From assembly GCF_037042905.1 (NCBI RefSeq), contig NC_087254.1, positions 24,614,001-24,678,000 of the forward strand: a stretch of 64,000 nt of DNA, written 5' to 3'. The position numbers and the translations under genes were made by a program. The stretch is from Lytechinus pictus. Lineage: Eukaryota. This document shows, piece by piece, positions 1 through 12,806 of this stretch. Numbering within the stretch: position 1 is the first letter of the stretch; each line of letters opens with the position of its first letter. The notes beneath the pieces were generated by a model, which saw only the letters and a program-made list of their open reading frames with translations, was not told the DNA's origin and did not search any database.

Positions 1-230
1 AGATTTTAAAATGCTGTTTAGCCATAACTCAAGTTTTTTTTAATAATATGTCCCTTGTGCTTTCTGAATAGGTCAAGTGAGGTATTGTGAAATAATTGAT
101 GGAAGCTTGATTGATCGGCAGGTACTCATTTACCTCACCTGGGTCGAGTGTGACGATCGTAGACTAATGTATCGCCAAATATCAGCAGCGCTAAGATGGA
201 TTTGATTATTCAAAACAAGGAAAAAAGAAC

Positions 231-314
231 CATTCATGAGCTCGGGGTCTTGTTCACGTCTTGCCATGCCATATCCACCGTCCGCGTCTACCCCCTTGTC
301 CAACACTATTAAGC
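231..314 (-). CDS. Candidate downstream exon of the C16orf89-like gene (GLIVLDKGVDADGGYGMARREQDPELMN)
   Basis: Acceptor attcag|GC at 315/314 is phase-compatible with exon 3200-3554. The stretch is open and GC-richer than its flanks. The donor (gttctt) is weak. Confidence 0.3.
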
Positions 315-2032
315 CTGAATATGTACATGTACACTCTAAAAACAATGAGACTGGATTAATGTCTTTATACAATATGAAATCTGAAAGGAAAAAAATATAC
401 ATGAATTCGAAATCGTTTCTACTTCAGATGAACATGGACCTATAGGTCTATGATATGAATGAGTCTGATTGAAAACTTTTTGCCTTATGTAGTTGTATAT
501 CATATTTTAACGAACCCATTCGGATGATATTCATGACTAATCGAAATGGATTCAATGTACTTTCCAAACATGATGATCCATGTCTGATCACCTATCTTAT
601 TTCTCCCAGGAGAAACGTTTTCTTTCTTTTTTTTCAATCCCCTTTTTCATCAGTATTCCTAGATCTCATATAATGGTAATATCGTCCTTGTTATTCCACA
701 GTGACGATTAGATAAGTGAAATTATCTGGCCCTTGAGTCTGTATCCATATTCATTCCACTTTCTTAACTGCATGACTAAACGGTGAGTGATGCAAGGAAG
801 TATCCGCCGAGAAAGAGTGAATCAGTTATATGCTTCATCATTACTACATTGACGTCGTTTCGTGTACATTTAATATACTGGAATCTATACTTTTTAAATA
901 CTTTTTGCAATATCCCCATCGTGACTGAGGTGATCTCCAATGCCCTGTAAAGTTATACCGTGTTTTCTTCCGAGCAGATGGTAATTAATCCTTCTCCGAT
1001 TGAGGCTGATCAGTTCAAGATGAAACAACTAGGTCATCTTGATCTTTTAATCCACCGATCACTCTGTATAACCAATCGCTATATCCCCATACTTTTAAAT
1101 CTTACCTTTTTGTTATGAATTGTCTGAAGACCGTCTGTGTACAAACCAATGGTCAATTTATATATTTCGTCAGGGACACCACTCTCTTGTTATTCCCTCC
1201 GCGCCACTCCCTACCCAATCTCTCTTACTCCCTTGCGCCCCCTCTCCTCTTCCCTTCTCTATTTCTCCCTTTCACCCCCTCTCCCTTTATTTTGATTTCT
1301 CCATTTGGTATCATTCCACCTATCTGCCCTCCATTTTTTTTCATTGGTCTAACTTTCTGAACCTCTCTCCAAGTGAAATTGATCTAATTATTACCCATCG
1401 AAGAACTTCCTGGAGAGCGAAGAATTTTAAGAGAAGGGTTTCATACGAAAGTATGAAGCCATTGTCATTTACAAATAAATATCCGAGTCCGGTAATGCAC
1501 CGAGTTACGTCTCTGTGACTCCATGACTACGGCATCATTACGACCTATATACTCTCGATGCCAGTGTCGTATAGATTTTTTCTTTGAGGGGGGGGGGGGC
1601 TTGGGGCGCCTACTCTCCCAAATTTGTCATGACCAAGGGAAAAACAGAAAATGAAAAAGACAAGGGTGAATTATGATATTAATTTCTGAATATCGTGTCA
1701 AAATCTTTCACAAAATTTAATTTTCGTAATAAGAATGTCAAAAATATTTACTCCCTCTCCACTTTTTATAAGTTTTGCCCGATCCGCCATATGACCCCCT
1801 TAAATTTTCCAATTATTGGTCGGATTGCACTCGATCTCGTAAATATTAGTCTAACAAAACTCATGTACCTGATACTCCTTAAACTCTTTTTTTGCACGCC
1901 GAATCACCCCTAGGGGATAAAAATAACAATTTTTTTCAATGTATTTTCTTTGAATCTAGATTTCCAAATTGAACCTAGGATACTGATTATCAACATGATC
2001 ATAGTATAGATGTCACCCAATAAACATTAGGT

Positions 2033-2325
2033 CATGGCCCTGTGAAGCGGGGGTGTCGAAGCATCCCCAAGATATACATGGGGGTGCTGCGAGGTGTTAT
2101 TCACTATGGGCAGCATCCCCTGGAAATCTGGTAGCTATGCTACATTGCTAAATAGTAAGAATTAACCCAAATTACCTACATTTTGTAGTGAAAACCTTTT
2201 TTGTTTCTTTTTTTCTTGGTTCGTCAAGTTTCTTGAATGAACCAAAATCAAGTTGATTTTTTAGCGAATTTTTTTTTCACATTTAAGCCAGCACCCCCTG
2301 TTAAGAAATCGTTCCTAGTGCCCTG
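2033..2325. mobile_element. hAT-type MITE (CATGGCCC...GTGCCCTG)
   Basis: Degenerate 8-bp TSD cattaggt/tattagct; related copy at 62384-62615. Confidence 0.6.
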
Positions 2326-3199
2326 TATTAGCTTCTCATGTATTTTATTTCTATAATTGGTAGTCAGTTTGTAGTTATATTTGATTTGTATATGTATTTG
2401 ATGTATAAGATGGAAAGGAAAAAGTAAAGTTGAACTTAAACTAAAAGGTAGAGAAGAAAAATAATCATTATAAATATTGAATATAGTCATCATTGAGACC
2501 TAATGAAATACCTAATCTTGTTTGTAATACTGTTACACATCCCCCATTTTCAATCAAGCTTCTTCGTCAATCAAAAAGTGAAATCTTAACATGATAATTA
2601 AGATTATTTTTCTCTGAAAATTCAATGGAAGGTCAAAGAGCGGGAGAGGAACACTCTCCTTATACATGTTATATAGTTAGCGAAATACCAAATATTCTCC
2701 TAGCAAAAGAGCGAGTTTTCGTGCCCCATTTGTCATGACACACTACACACCACTGATCGGTATATTAAAAAAAATACCATAATTTGTTTTCATGACAAAA
2801 AATTTACTTGAATGTAATTTACATTAAACTATATCTCGCAAAATGTTAATTCAGGCTCTAATGGAAGGTTTCTTTGAATGTCCCCACCTGTTTCAATTTT
2901 GCTTCCTTCCAATTCATCCAACGTCAGTATAATATTTGGTTAGCTGATGATCCAAAATGTCACACGACTAAACAAAAGATGAAATATTTCCCTCTCTCTT
3001 TCCATTATTAAAAATGAGTGTTGATAGATTATAGGTTTGGAAGCGACAAACCATTATATCATCATATCCTTAAACATTTTATCATTGTGTGCAGAAATAA
3101 TGTAACGTCAAGATACACCAGTTACATTTTATATAACCTATAACGCCAGTGTTAAATTGGAGATGATAAAAAACGGAAAATTATCTTGTTTTACGTTAC

Positions 3200-3554
3200 C
3201 ATTTGAGATCTTTATGCCTAATAAGGCATCGACGAGAAGTTCATCAGTATGTTCTTCGAAGAAGTTCAAGATCTTCTCTATGCCGACCAGAAGTCTCCGA
3301 GGAAGTGTCGCGATCCCCGCGAGCTCTGCAATATCACCTCCTTCCAACCACCGGAGCATCCAGTTTCGGAAACCCTTGCTGAGTCCCGTCCCAAAGGCTG
3401 GACCAGCTCCACGACTATCGAACTCGTCCACGTTGTCATTGGGAGGTTGGTCGATGTCGGAAAAGTCAGCGTTAACGATTTGGACGTTAATCAGTGATAA
3501 TAGGAGGAGAGCAAGCGCAAGATCGAGCAGCACCGTCTTGGTTTGAGCCATCAT
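3200..3554 (-). CDS. C16orf89: First coding exon of a secreted UPF0764/C16orf89-like protein; the gene probably continues beyond the left window edge
   Basis: ATG at 3554. Signal peptide MMAQTKTVLLDLALALLLLSLINVQIVNA. Segment LLVGIEKILNFFEEHTDELLVDALLGIKISNG resembles, from memory, human C16orf89 ILSALERATVFLEQRLPEINLDGMVGVRV. Phase-1 donor G|gtaacg at 3200/3199. Confidence 0.6.
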
Positions 3555-6314
3555 TAGAAGTTTATGTCGCTCCGTAGTCAAGTGTGCGTTCAGTAAGTGT
3601 GAGTGATATGGATGGGTGTGTGGGTGTGTATGTACAGTGCAATGAATATGATATAGCTGATCAAAATGTGTGACGAAACTTGCGTAACAAACGTGTTACC
3701 TCAACTCAACCCAGCCTTCTATGCTCAAGCCTGTCATCTTGCCTATACTACTCAAGTTTTAATAGTTTACAGTATAAAGCTTGCACTGTAGAGCCCTTCA
3801 TTCGTGCGAAATCACAAAGTTGTGTAATTCGAATACTAGTAGATTCCAACAAACCACGGATTACTCGGCTACATGGGAGGAATATTTACAAATCAATCAT
3901 TGAGATATATTTTTGTGTCTACCTCGTCCATAAAGTATATTCTACAAAAATTAAACGTAAAATGCCTTCTTTGAAATTATCAGGGTTTACATGCTTTAAA
4001 CCATCTTATTCCTCTGCTACACGTTTAACTTTAATTGCTGATCATTTTGTCTGTGATAAAATGGACCGAAACATGTCACGGTGGGGGGGGGGGGGTAGAC
4101 CGACACAGAACTTTGTATCTTCTTCCACTGGTTTTAATGGTAAATGATAGTTCACGGAATTATATATTACAACACCACCCAGTAAAAAAATCAAACGTTA
4201 AAAATATGTCGATACACAGGGAACTGCTTGATACGATCACTAATATTGATGAATTTTGATTCTCATTTATTATTGTTTTGCCTGAACTTAGACGGGGGGT
4301 TCCTGAGTTGACCCTGTCGCTCCCCAACATAAAAAAAAATCGTTCAATAGTTTGGTGGATGGAAAAGTTCCAGGGTTTCCATCAAATGACCCCGCCCCCG
4401 TCCACAATAAATCCAACTGAAATGTGTATCGGGAAAATTTTAACTTTTTTCTAATTCAAACCCCCCCCCCCACAAGAATTCCTGGCTATACGACCCTGGA
4501 ACATTTAAGCTGGTTCATTATTAACAAAGGAAATGTATCAAAATTCCGAAATGATTCTTCATGTTTGTCAATTGTACATGCTTAGCTTTCCTAATTGGAG
4601 TACACTGTGAATTTTAACATGTTCATCGGAATAGCTTTAACGATGTTGTCAACTTTACGTCCAATAATCTTCTAAATTAGATCCCTATAGACATCCAATA
4701 TGGACATCTATTAGTTGTTAATTGACACGGTAAACGAACAATAGTCGAATCCAGGTGGAATGGGCGTTAAAGTAATATAATTCGATCAGTTATTAAAGTA
4801 AGGAAGATCAAAACAGCGATAATATCATCAGGTGGATGTTGTCCTGGCAACCATACTTTTGAGATATTTTGTAATCCCATCATTCTGAGTGCCCGTGCAA
4901 AAGGAGCATCAGTCTAAAGTACATCTACGCTTCCATTTTTATTTTTTATTTACAAATTTAAATGTTAAGGCTTCACCGGCCGGGGTAAATGTGCTTAGGA
5001 ATCAAATCAAAATTTAAATAAAATGTTTACCGAATTGATATGGGTCGAAAAACTGTAATGATTTAGATTTTCAAAGGCAATTCCTTGCCCTAGCCGAGAG
5101 AGGGGGCTATGCTACAAAAACCTTCAAGACCGTTCAGTAAGATCTGAAAAGTTTGATTCATGCAATCTTAAACTTAAAAAAAAAAGTTGTGCAAATAGGT
5201 ACATGTATTTAGAAATAAAAAAAAAAGAATTTAAGAAGTAGAAAATTAATCAAAAAGAATTGGTTGTAATTGTAGGGCAGAATACATCGGTTTTATATTA
5301 GATATAAAAATACAAGTCATATCTTTTTCTGAATTATATTTAGGCCTATTTTTTCATTCATTTATATTAGTTTTTGCATATCTTTTTTTTGCCTTCTACT
5401 TACTTTGTCTTTTACTTATTATAATCATTCATTATCATTATTTTTCGGGGTGGCAAAATTAAATAATGAGAAATAGCTCAGTTCTGACCACAAATAGATG
5501 TTTTTAGCACGAAAGGCTAACTAACGTTAAATCGATGCAAAAATGATACACCTAAAAGCATAATGAAGTAAATGATAACAGAACTCACAAACAGATTACT
5601 GCGACAAGTGGAGAGAGTAAAAACAAATCAAGAGTTGTAGCATTATATGTATAGGTTTATATATGAAATGTCGGGAAAAGGTTACAAGAAAGAGAGGGGG
5701 TGGCGAGGAGAGAAAAAAATTGCACATCAGTCAATGTTGAAAAGCAATGTGAATTTAGGTGACATGTTCTTTTGTATAAACTAAAGATTTTTTTGCATTT
5801 TCTTGATGTCATTTGATATTGATATTGACATTATTTGACATATTTCATATAATTATGAACACAATACAAAAACAATATAACATCCGAAGAAATAACGTCG
5901 TATAAAAATAAGACATGGCAGCATTCATCTATACAGCAATTTGAAATCAAAGACAATTAAAAAATATGGTGAAATATGAGGGAACCTGCATAAAAAAAAC
6001 AAAGCTTGTCAGGTCTGCAGGATCCAAACAAATTGAAGTCTTAATTTGTAGGAGAGGACGATAAAATTAAACTAATACATAAAGATATGCCAATGTATTA
6101 CAACTGTTGGCATTTAGAGTGTACATTAAAAAAATAGAGAGACAAAAAAAAAACGTGTTTGCCACTATTTTCAACTATTACTCGCGCATTAACAATATAA
6201 TAATAATAATAATAGTTGGATTTATAAAGCGCTTTTTGCCAGAGGATACAAAGCGCTGCTATTATTACCCCGGCTTTAGCTCGAGCTACCATCATGTATA
6301 TAACCTATACAGGA

Positions 6315-6917
6315 AAATTATAATAATTAATCAACGTCAATTTCAATTTACGTTTGAAAATATTCAGAGAGGTACTATGTACCACTTCATTGGGAAGACT
6401 GTTCCAAAACCTGGATCCTTCAAAAGCTATTGTTCTCTTTGCGAGGAGAGTACGAGTACGTGGAAGGTGATAAGAGTCACTTTGCCGGGTGGGGAAACTG
6501 CAATAAAACTTTATTCGACAAAATATTCACAATGCAAAAACGAGCAATTAGGATGATCAATCAAGTTGGGTATCATTCCCTCACAAATCCTTTATTTTTT
6601 TCAATAATAGAATACTTAGAATGTCTGATTTATATTCATGTTTCAGCTTTCAAAAGATGAATTGCCTGATATATTTACGCCTATGTTTCAAAGGAATAAT
6701 CTAGTCCACACGCATCCCACCAGGCAAAGTGACTCTTATCACCTTCCACGTAGTCGTACTCTCCTCGCTAAAAAAATACATTTCACACTTGTTGCATCAC
6801 ATACATGACATATGAATTATGGAATACTGGGGAAACTGCAATTAGGATGCTCATGCAATCAAGTTTAGTATCATTCCCACACAAATCCTTTATTTTTCAA
6901 TTATAGAATACTTAAGA
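6315..6917. mobile_element. Rearranged CR1-group LINE 3' fragments (minus 6315-6492; plus 6490-6775 and ~6810-6917)
   Basis: Translates to RT C-terminal motifs (WGNC..QKRAIRMI..TNPLF; HPTRQ..LPRTRT..FWNSLP) similar to those at 16534-16986. Confidence 0.75.
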
Positions 6918-7337
6918 ATTAATACAGAAATATTGTATGACTTTGACCACCAAAATAATGCGTTTAAGGTTTGTTTTGAAGCCCAAGACATGTGAGTGCG
7001 TGTGTGTTCGTGCGTTAAGGATGGATGGGGTCGAATGATACATGCGTGTGTGTAAAGATACTGCACCCCTACACCTATCCCGGAGGAATGACAGGCTAAA
7101 TACTTGAATTATACTGAAGTATGGATTTCATCTTAAAATTGAATATTAAATGGACCATGTTCATGATGTTGCATTTATATCAGAGCCGTTCGAGATACTG
7201 ATAATACTGCAGAGTGATGTTATTCCAGCGTACCCCGAATGACCCCTAATATGACTAGAACGCTTGACCGATTCATTCTGTTTCATCGCACCGCAAATTC
7301 AATACCGGCAATATTATATTAGCGTTTAGTTTCGTAA

Positions 7338-7550
7338 AGGTGTTGTGGCTAAATCTCTGGATTTTGAGCCATATGATCCGGGGTTCAAATCCCACCGTAG
7401 CGCTTGTGTCCTTTTGCAAGGCGTTTTTATTTCAAAGCTGGGGGCCCAGGTTCGAATCTCGGCAGAGACATTTTTTCGGCATCACCAATTTTTCCAAAGG
7501 GCAGATAGCTCTGGCCTGGGGAACCTTGATTTAAGCTACGCCTACCATTG
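7338..7550 (+). mobile_element. Degenerate tRNA-SINE fragments
   Basis: Two B-box motifs (GGTTCAAATCC and GGTTCGAATCT) with a SINE-like continuation. Confidence 0.5.
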
Positions 7551-7595
7551 TTTTCTTCATCCATTTATTTCACAAAATTATATATATTATATATA

Positions 7596-8380
7596 CAGTG
7601 CGTCCCACAAAAAACGAAACCGAGATTTATAGATGATTTATCATAACATAATCACAAATACAATAGACAATTGACGTACCATTGTAAAGCTTAGAATCTC
7701 CACTTTCATCTGAAATTACTTAGATTATTTCTCATTCAAGCATGAGTGAGCAGAAACAATTTGAAGAGGGGATACCAAAAAGTCATTTGGCGTGCTGTAT
7801 CTGGGTTTAAAAAAAAAAAAAAAAATTAAAAAGTTCAATATCTGCTCTTTAATTTGATACCTCAATTACAGAAAATGGTCGAGAAATAAGAAAGTTCTGG
7901 TTATTTGAAATAAGGCTTGAATTTCAATAATATCATAAAATGAAGAGGTTTTACAGGCTAGCGTTCAAACTCACTCGACACTCCGTTTTGTTGACGATCA
8001 GCCATGCATTAAGTCTTTTGTTAACCATGCGATAGCTTAATATGTGGGAAACCGGTAAAAACACGTATATTTAATGAAATTATGGAAATACAAGCATTGT
8101 TTCGAGGGAACATAACTTTTTTACTTCTTGACCATTTTTTGTGATTAAGGTATCAAAGAAAAGAGCAGATATTGAACTTTTTAGGCATGTGATTTTCTTT
8201 TTGAAATTCAGATACCCCCCGCCAAATGAGTTTTTGGTATCCTTTCTTCAATATTGTTTTTGCTCACTCATGCGTGAATGAGGAACAATAAGTAATATCA
8301 GATGAAAGAGGAGATTCTAAGCTTTACATTGGTAGGTCATTTATCTATTGTATTTGTGATTAAGTTATGATAAATCGTCG
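7596..8380. mobile_element. Tc1/mariner-type palindromic MITE, right TIR missing
   Basis: TA|CAGTGCGTCCCACAAAAAACG start. About 7635-7940 is an inverted repeat of about 8070-8380. Confidence 0.7.
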
Positions 8381-10403
8381 TTCATAAGTTCTCCATTAGT
8401 TGATTGTATCACGCACGAATGAAAAAAAAAACGGCAGCCAATTAGTTTTCACCTTATTAAAACAAATGCAGCCGTCCTTTCTGCATTAGAAAGCACAGTT
8501 GTTAAGAGTATGAAAACGCGTGATACAGGATCTATCGTGCAAATAACGATGATTAACCAATATAAATTAATGTCTGGGGAAAAATAGATAGTGGAGAGTT
8601 TTCGCATCTGGACGGAAACCGATTTCATGAACACAGAAAATGTATTGACAATGCCCTTCACGACAAAGGGCGTTTCGTTCAAAATAAACGTTTGAGAAAG
8701 TACTTTACATTTGTAGTAATTTGTTATAGAAAGCTACTGTCTTTCTTGGCTTTAGAAGGTGTTTTGATAAACAAGACAAAAATCAGCAGATATCTTATTT
8801 TCATCGGGCATCCAATCAATTTAAATCCTGATGTAAATTTTATCAATATAACATATTTTGGGGTGTAATAAACTAAAAACACGTTGTATTGGTATATTTT
8901 ATCTTTCACACCACAACCGTTTTGGGGTTCATGTATTAATATATATGTCCTTGGGGGGTTACCAAATCAATACATGCCAAAGATAGTTTTAAACTTACCT
9001 ATTAAAAGCTAGTGTAGCCTACAAAGCGTATCAAACTAAAGTTACACAAATTTTGGGGTAAATAAACACACAAGCGTACAATGCGAATGTTAAATATTCT
9101 ATTTTCTTTTCTAAATGCTCATTTTGTTCCCACGCGTTTTTAGCTGCCCCCAGAAGGTCCCACTATTAGAAAATTGCAATGGATGCGATATCTGATTTCC
9201 ATGTACGAATGGACCATATGGAATATTTATTTTCCCACTTGACATTCTGCTTGTTTAAAGAAACATTATACTTTGAGAAAAAAGTGCTTGAAATCAACTA
9301 TGTAAGCCACTTATCAAATGACTAACATAGGTTAGACGTACTGAAAAGTTTGAAAAAAGAACTTTATATTTTTATTGATTTGTTTCATTGTATGTCTTAA
9401 GCGCCAGCTGCCGAACACCCTAACATAATATTTTATGCTTACCTACGATTAAGCTGCTTAATTCAATTCAAGGTTGTTTAATTGGTTGGATTGTATCTGT
9501 TTTGTTTCCATGGACTTAAAAATACGAAGAAAAATGATAAATATAGGTTCCTTTCATAGCCTCACACGGTGTGTATTTTTGTGTGCAAATCATTTTCTGG
9601 GAGTTTTTCAATATGGTAGGCGTAACAATATGCCCGTAATAGTGTTATCTGGTAGAGGAGATCTAAAGACAAGACAATGTGTGACAAAATACACAATACT
9701 AAACGGGTGATACTGTAGGCCTACATGAAAATACTAAACGTTATGATAATGCTGTCGGATTTAATGTACAAAACACACATAAAACATGATTAGCGTTGCG
9801 ATATTAGTCAACATTCAAGGGCAAATATATCATGTATATTGATTTTAATTAGTGAGATCGGAAACAAGATTAGCAACTTGTATTATAGAATCGAAATATT
9901 TCATCACTATTTACTAATCAGAAAATGAAATACATGTACACGATTATTGTGTTTTTTAATTCCTTTGGAAAAAAATGTTGGTGACATCCCCCACCACAAC
10001 TGCTTACTTGTGAGTAATCAAATTTCACGGATGAGTGTTGCCTCGGCCCCGCGAAGGGAGGGGGACACGACCTAACGCCTTTTCCATTTTCCTAATGAGA
10101 ATTTGAAATGATAATATACCTCGACTACCACATCGCCAATCCCTAAATAAGCTTTTCTTTCTACTGAAAGACGTTGCACGGGGACGAAAGAGTAAGCAAC
10201 TTATTTTGTTTTGCTGCGGAGGTTGTACACAGAGGTAAGGCCCCATTTTTTAAATTAAAAAATACTTTATTAACTATGATTTTATTGTTTTTAGTATACT
10301 TTAAGATATATAGTTTAGTTTTAACATACTGTAATTGGTTTGATGTCAGAACTTTTTAAGCATTATTTTAATGATTTTTTTTTATAATTTTCGTAAGTAT
10401 GTA

Positions 10404-11256
10404 GGGGAAGGCGGGGTAAGTTGAGCATAGGGGCAAGTTGAGCCACCACCCCCAGGCCAATAATGAATGAGTCAGACATTATGGTGGTGTCATGTATTGA
10501 TGACCCATTACATAACCCCTAACCTCACCACGTTGTTTTCATCTTGGAAACAAAAAGTACTGTTTAGAGGGGAAAATACAAATTTCAGCCAAAAAAGTAA
10601 AAAAGGGTTTGAAATAGATCAGTGCTTTTTACCCACATACGTCTTTAAATATAATAAAGAAATAAGAACAATATTGTTAGTCCAGGTATGGATTCTCATT
10701 CTTGTCATAGTCTTTTACATGATGGATGCATGTGGATGTGAAAATATGGCATAAAGTTCGGACTGGGGTAATTTGAGCCAGCCAACATGGGGCAAGTTGA
10801 GCCATGGTAATTCTTATGTAATGTATAATGATAAAAAAAAAACTTACAAAGCCGTTGATATGCAGGCAGAAAGGAGCAAATTCACATGACAGTTCTTTTA
10901 CTTTTAGAGGATGTTAGTATTAATTTTATAGAGAATTAGCAAGTGAAAAGAATTTAAATAAAAAAATGACATGCTGGTTCTTCCCGCAAACATTTTGTAC
11001 TTAGTTTTTGTGGCTCAACTTACCCCAGAAGGTGGCACAACTTACCCCACAGATGGGGCAAGTTGAGCCATTTGACATCGCTTTTTTTCAAAGGTCAAAA
11101 TGGCTTTCAGTGTGGGGGTAGAAAGTTATATATAGGTGAAAAATATTTCCCAAGAATCAAATTTAAAGGCAAGGTACTTATTTCTACAATATTACTAGTC
11201 ATATGAATTCTAACATGCAGAATGCAAAAAGTGTCACAACTTACCCCGCCTTCCCC
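10404..11256. mobile_element. MITE with TA TSD and subterminal GGGGCAAGTTGAGCCA repeats
   Basis: TIR GGGGAAGGCGGGGTAAGTTG ... CAACTTACCCCGCCTTCCCC, TA on both sides. Confidence 0.85.
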
Positions 11257-12806
11257 TACCGCTTTTCATAATTTCATGACAACATCATGCCCAAAGAACT
11301 AACTGAAAAAAAAATGCTGGAACTCCGGAGAACTAGAACATGCAAAAATCCGAAAAATTATGAGTCTTTCGTAGATTAGTTGGAAATTTACTAAATATAA
11401 CTTTACTAAAAGTAAATTTGCATTTGGCGAATTTGCTTGATGATATATTTTGAACACTTCCCTTGTTGCCATTTTCTTTGTTTAACATTGATGTGCTTTG
11501 TATCATACGAAAATGCGCCTTATAAATGACAAATATTGTTATGATTATTATTTTAAAAATCATCAATATAATTACTTTTTATATGGATACCCCTATGTTA
11601 GTAAAGGTACATTATGCAATATGACGGACTATAATAGTACACTATGTAACAGAAAGCAATACTTTGTTTCACTGTTTATACTCTTGCTGTTGGTTACCGT
11701 TTGGGCGAGTTCGGTCGCTTTTGTCCCACTTCTCCCCAATTTGTTCAAATCGTATTGTTTAAATAAAAAATCTAAGAGTTTGTGGCCATCATACATTGAT
11801 AAAGTACACAAGGTATAGTCATTATGCACATAAATACAAATAAAGTCAAATTTATCGATTCGGTTTTACATTCATGCTATGGATTTTGTTAATCAATTAT
11901 TTTTGAGGAATAACTACTAAATACAACGTCAAAATAAAACGTTTTAATTACCAAACGCTGATTTATTTTTAGGAAAATGTATTATCAATAATAATTTGAT
12001 GCCAATGAACATTACCATATTTTACCATATTCTTCAACCATTGTAGCAGAGTTTAAAGTTATACAATTAGCTTTTTATCCATATTAATTTGATGCCAATG
12101 CACATTACCATATTTTCTTCAACAATTGTAGCCATGGTAGCAGAGTTTAAAGTTACACAATTAGCTTTTTATAATACCCATTGTAGTACATCGCATGCAG
12201 GTCGTGGTAAATACGTTGAAATCATTATTATAATTAATATTGGTATATAGATCTTGTAGAATGTTGACTGTATTTCCCCCATTCAAGAGTCGACCTCATT
12301 TTGTGAAAATGGTTAAGATACATACATCTTTTCAAAACTATATTAGGATACCGGAGCATTGATAATTTGCCATGTTTGCTACGAATACCTTGCGTGCTAG
12401 GATATTGTTTCCAATATATTTCATTTCAAGGCCAAATGCATTCAATTGAAGCGAAGCAGAACAAAATGATGCTGGAATGCCTCCCATGATAAAGATCATG
12501 CTAAATTTAAAAAAGAATGATCATTTTAAAAGAGATCCCGTGGTACAACATAGCAATAATAAAGACGACAGTTGTAGGCCTATATGATTACTTTGTCTGA
12601 TAATGGGGGGGGGGGGGGGGGTTAAGTACGAGCAACGATTCAATGACATTCATAGGTTGCTGGTTATTACTCTCTAAACTCTGCAGGTCTTTAGCCGGCC
12701 ATGCTTCATATAGTTTCAGCTAGTCAATTCATGAAAATCGCTTTGGTATAATCGTTCAATTTTTTGATACAATTTTTCTTTTCATTTGTTTTTAGAATAA
12801 CGCCAA

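Noticed and set aside
121-152. Strong-looking minus-strand splice donor cag|gtgagg
   Set aside because: It matches a common SINE-type motif (CACTCGACCCAGGTG...AAATG.GTACC), so it is not evidence for an exon.
2877-2943. Possible exon 2 of the C16orf89-like gene (NIILTLDELEGSKIET)
   Set aside because: The only nearby acceptor gives a frame with a stop codon when joined to exon 1.
3157-3546. Plus-strand 129-aa ORF
   Set aside because: Antisense shadow of the minus-strand signal-peptide exon.
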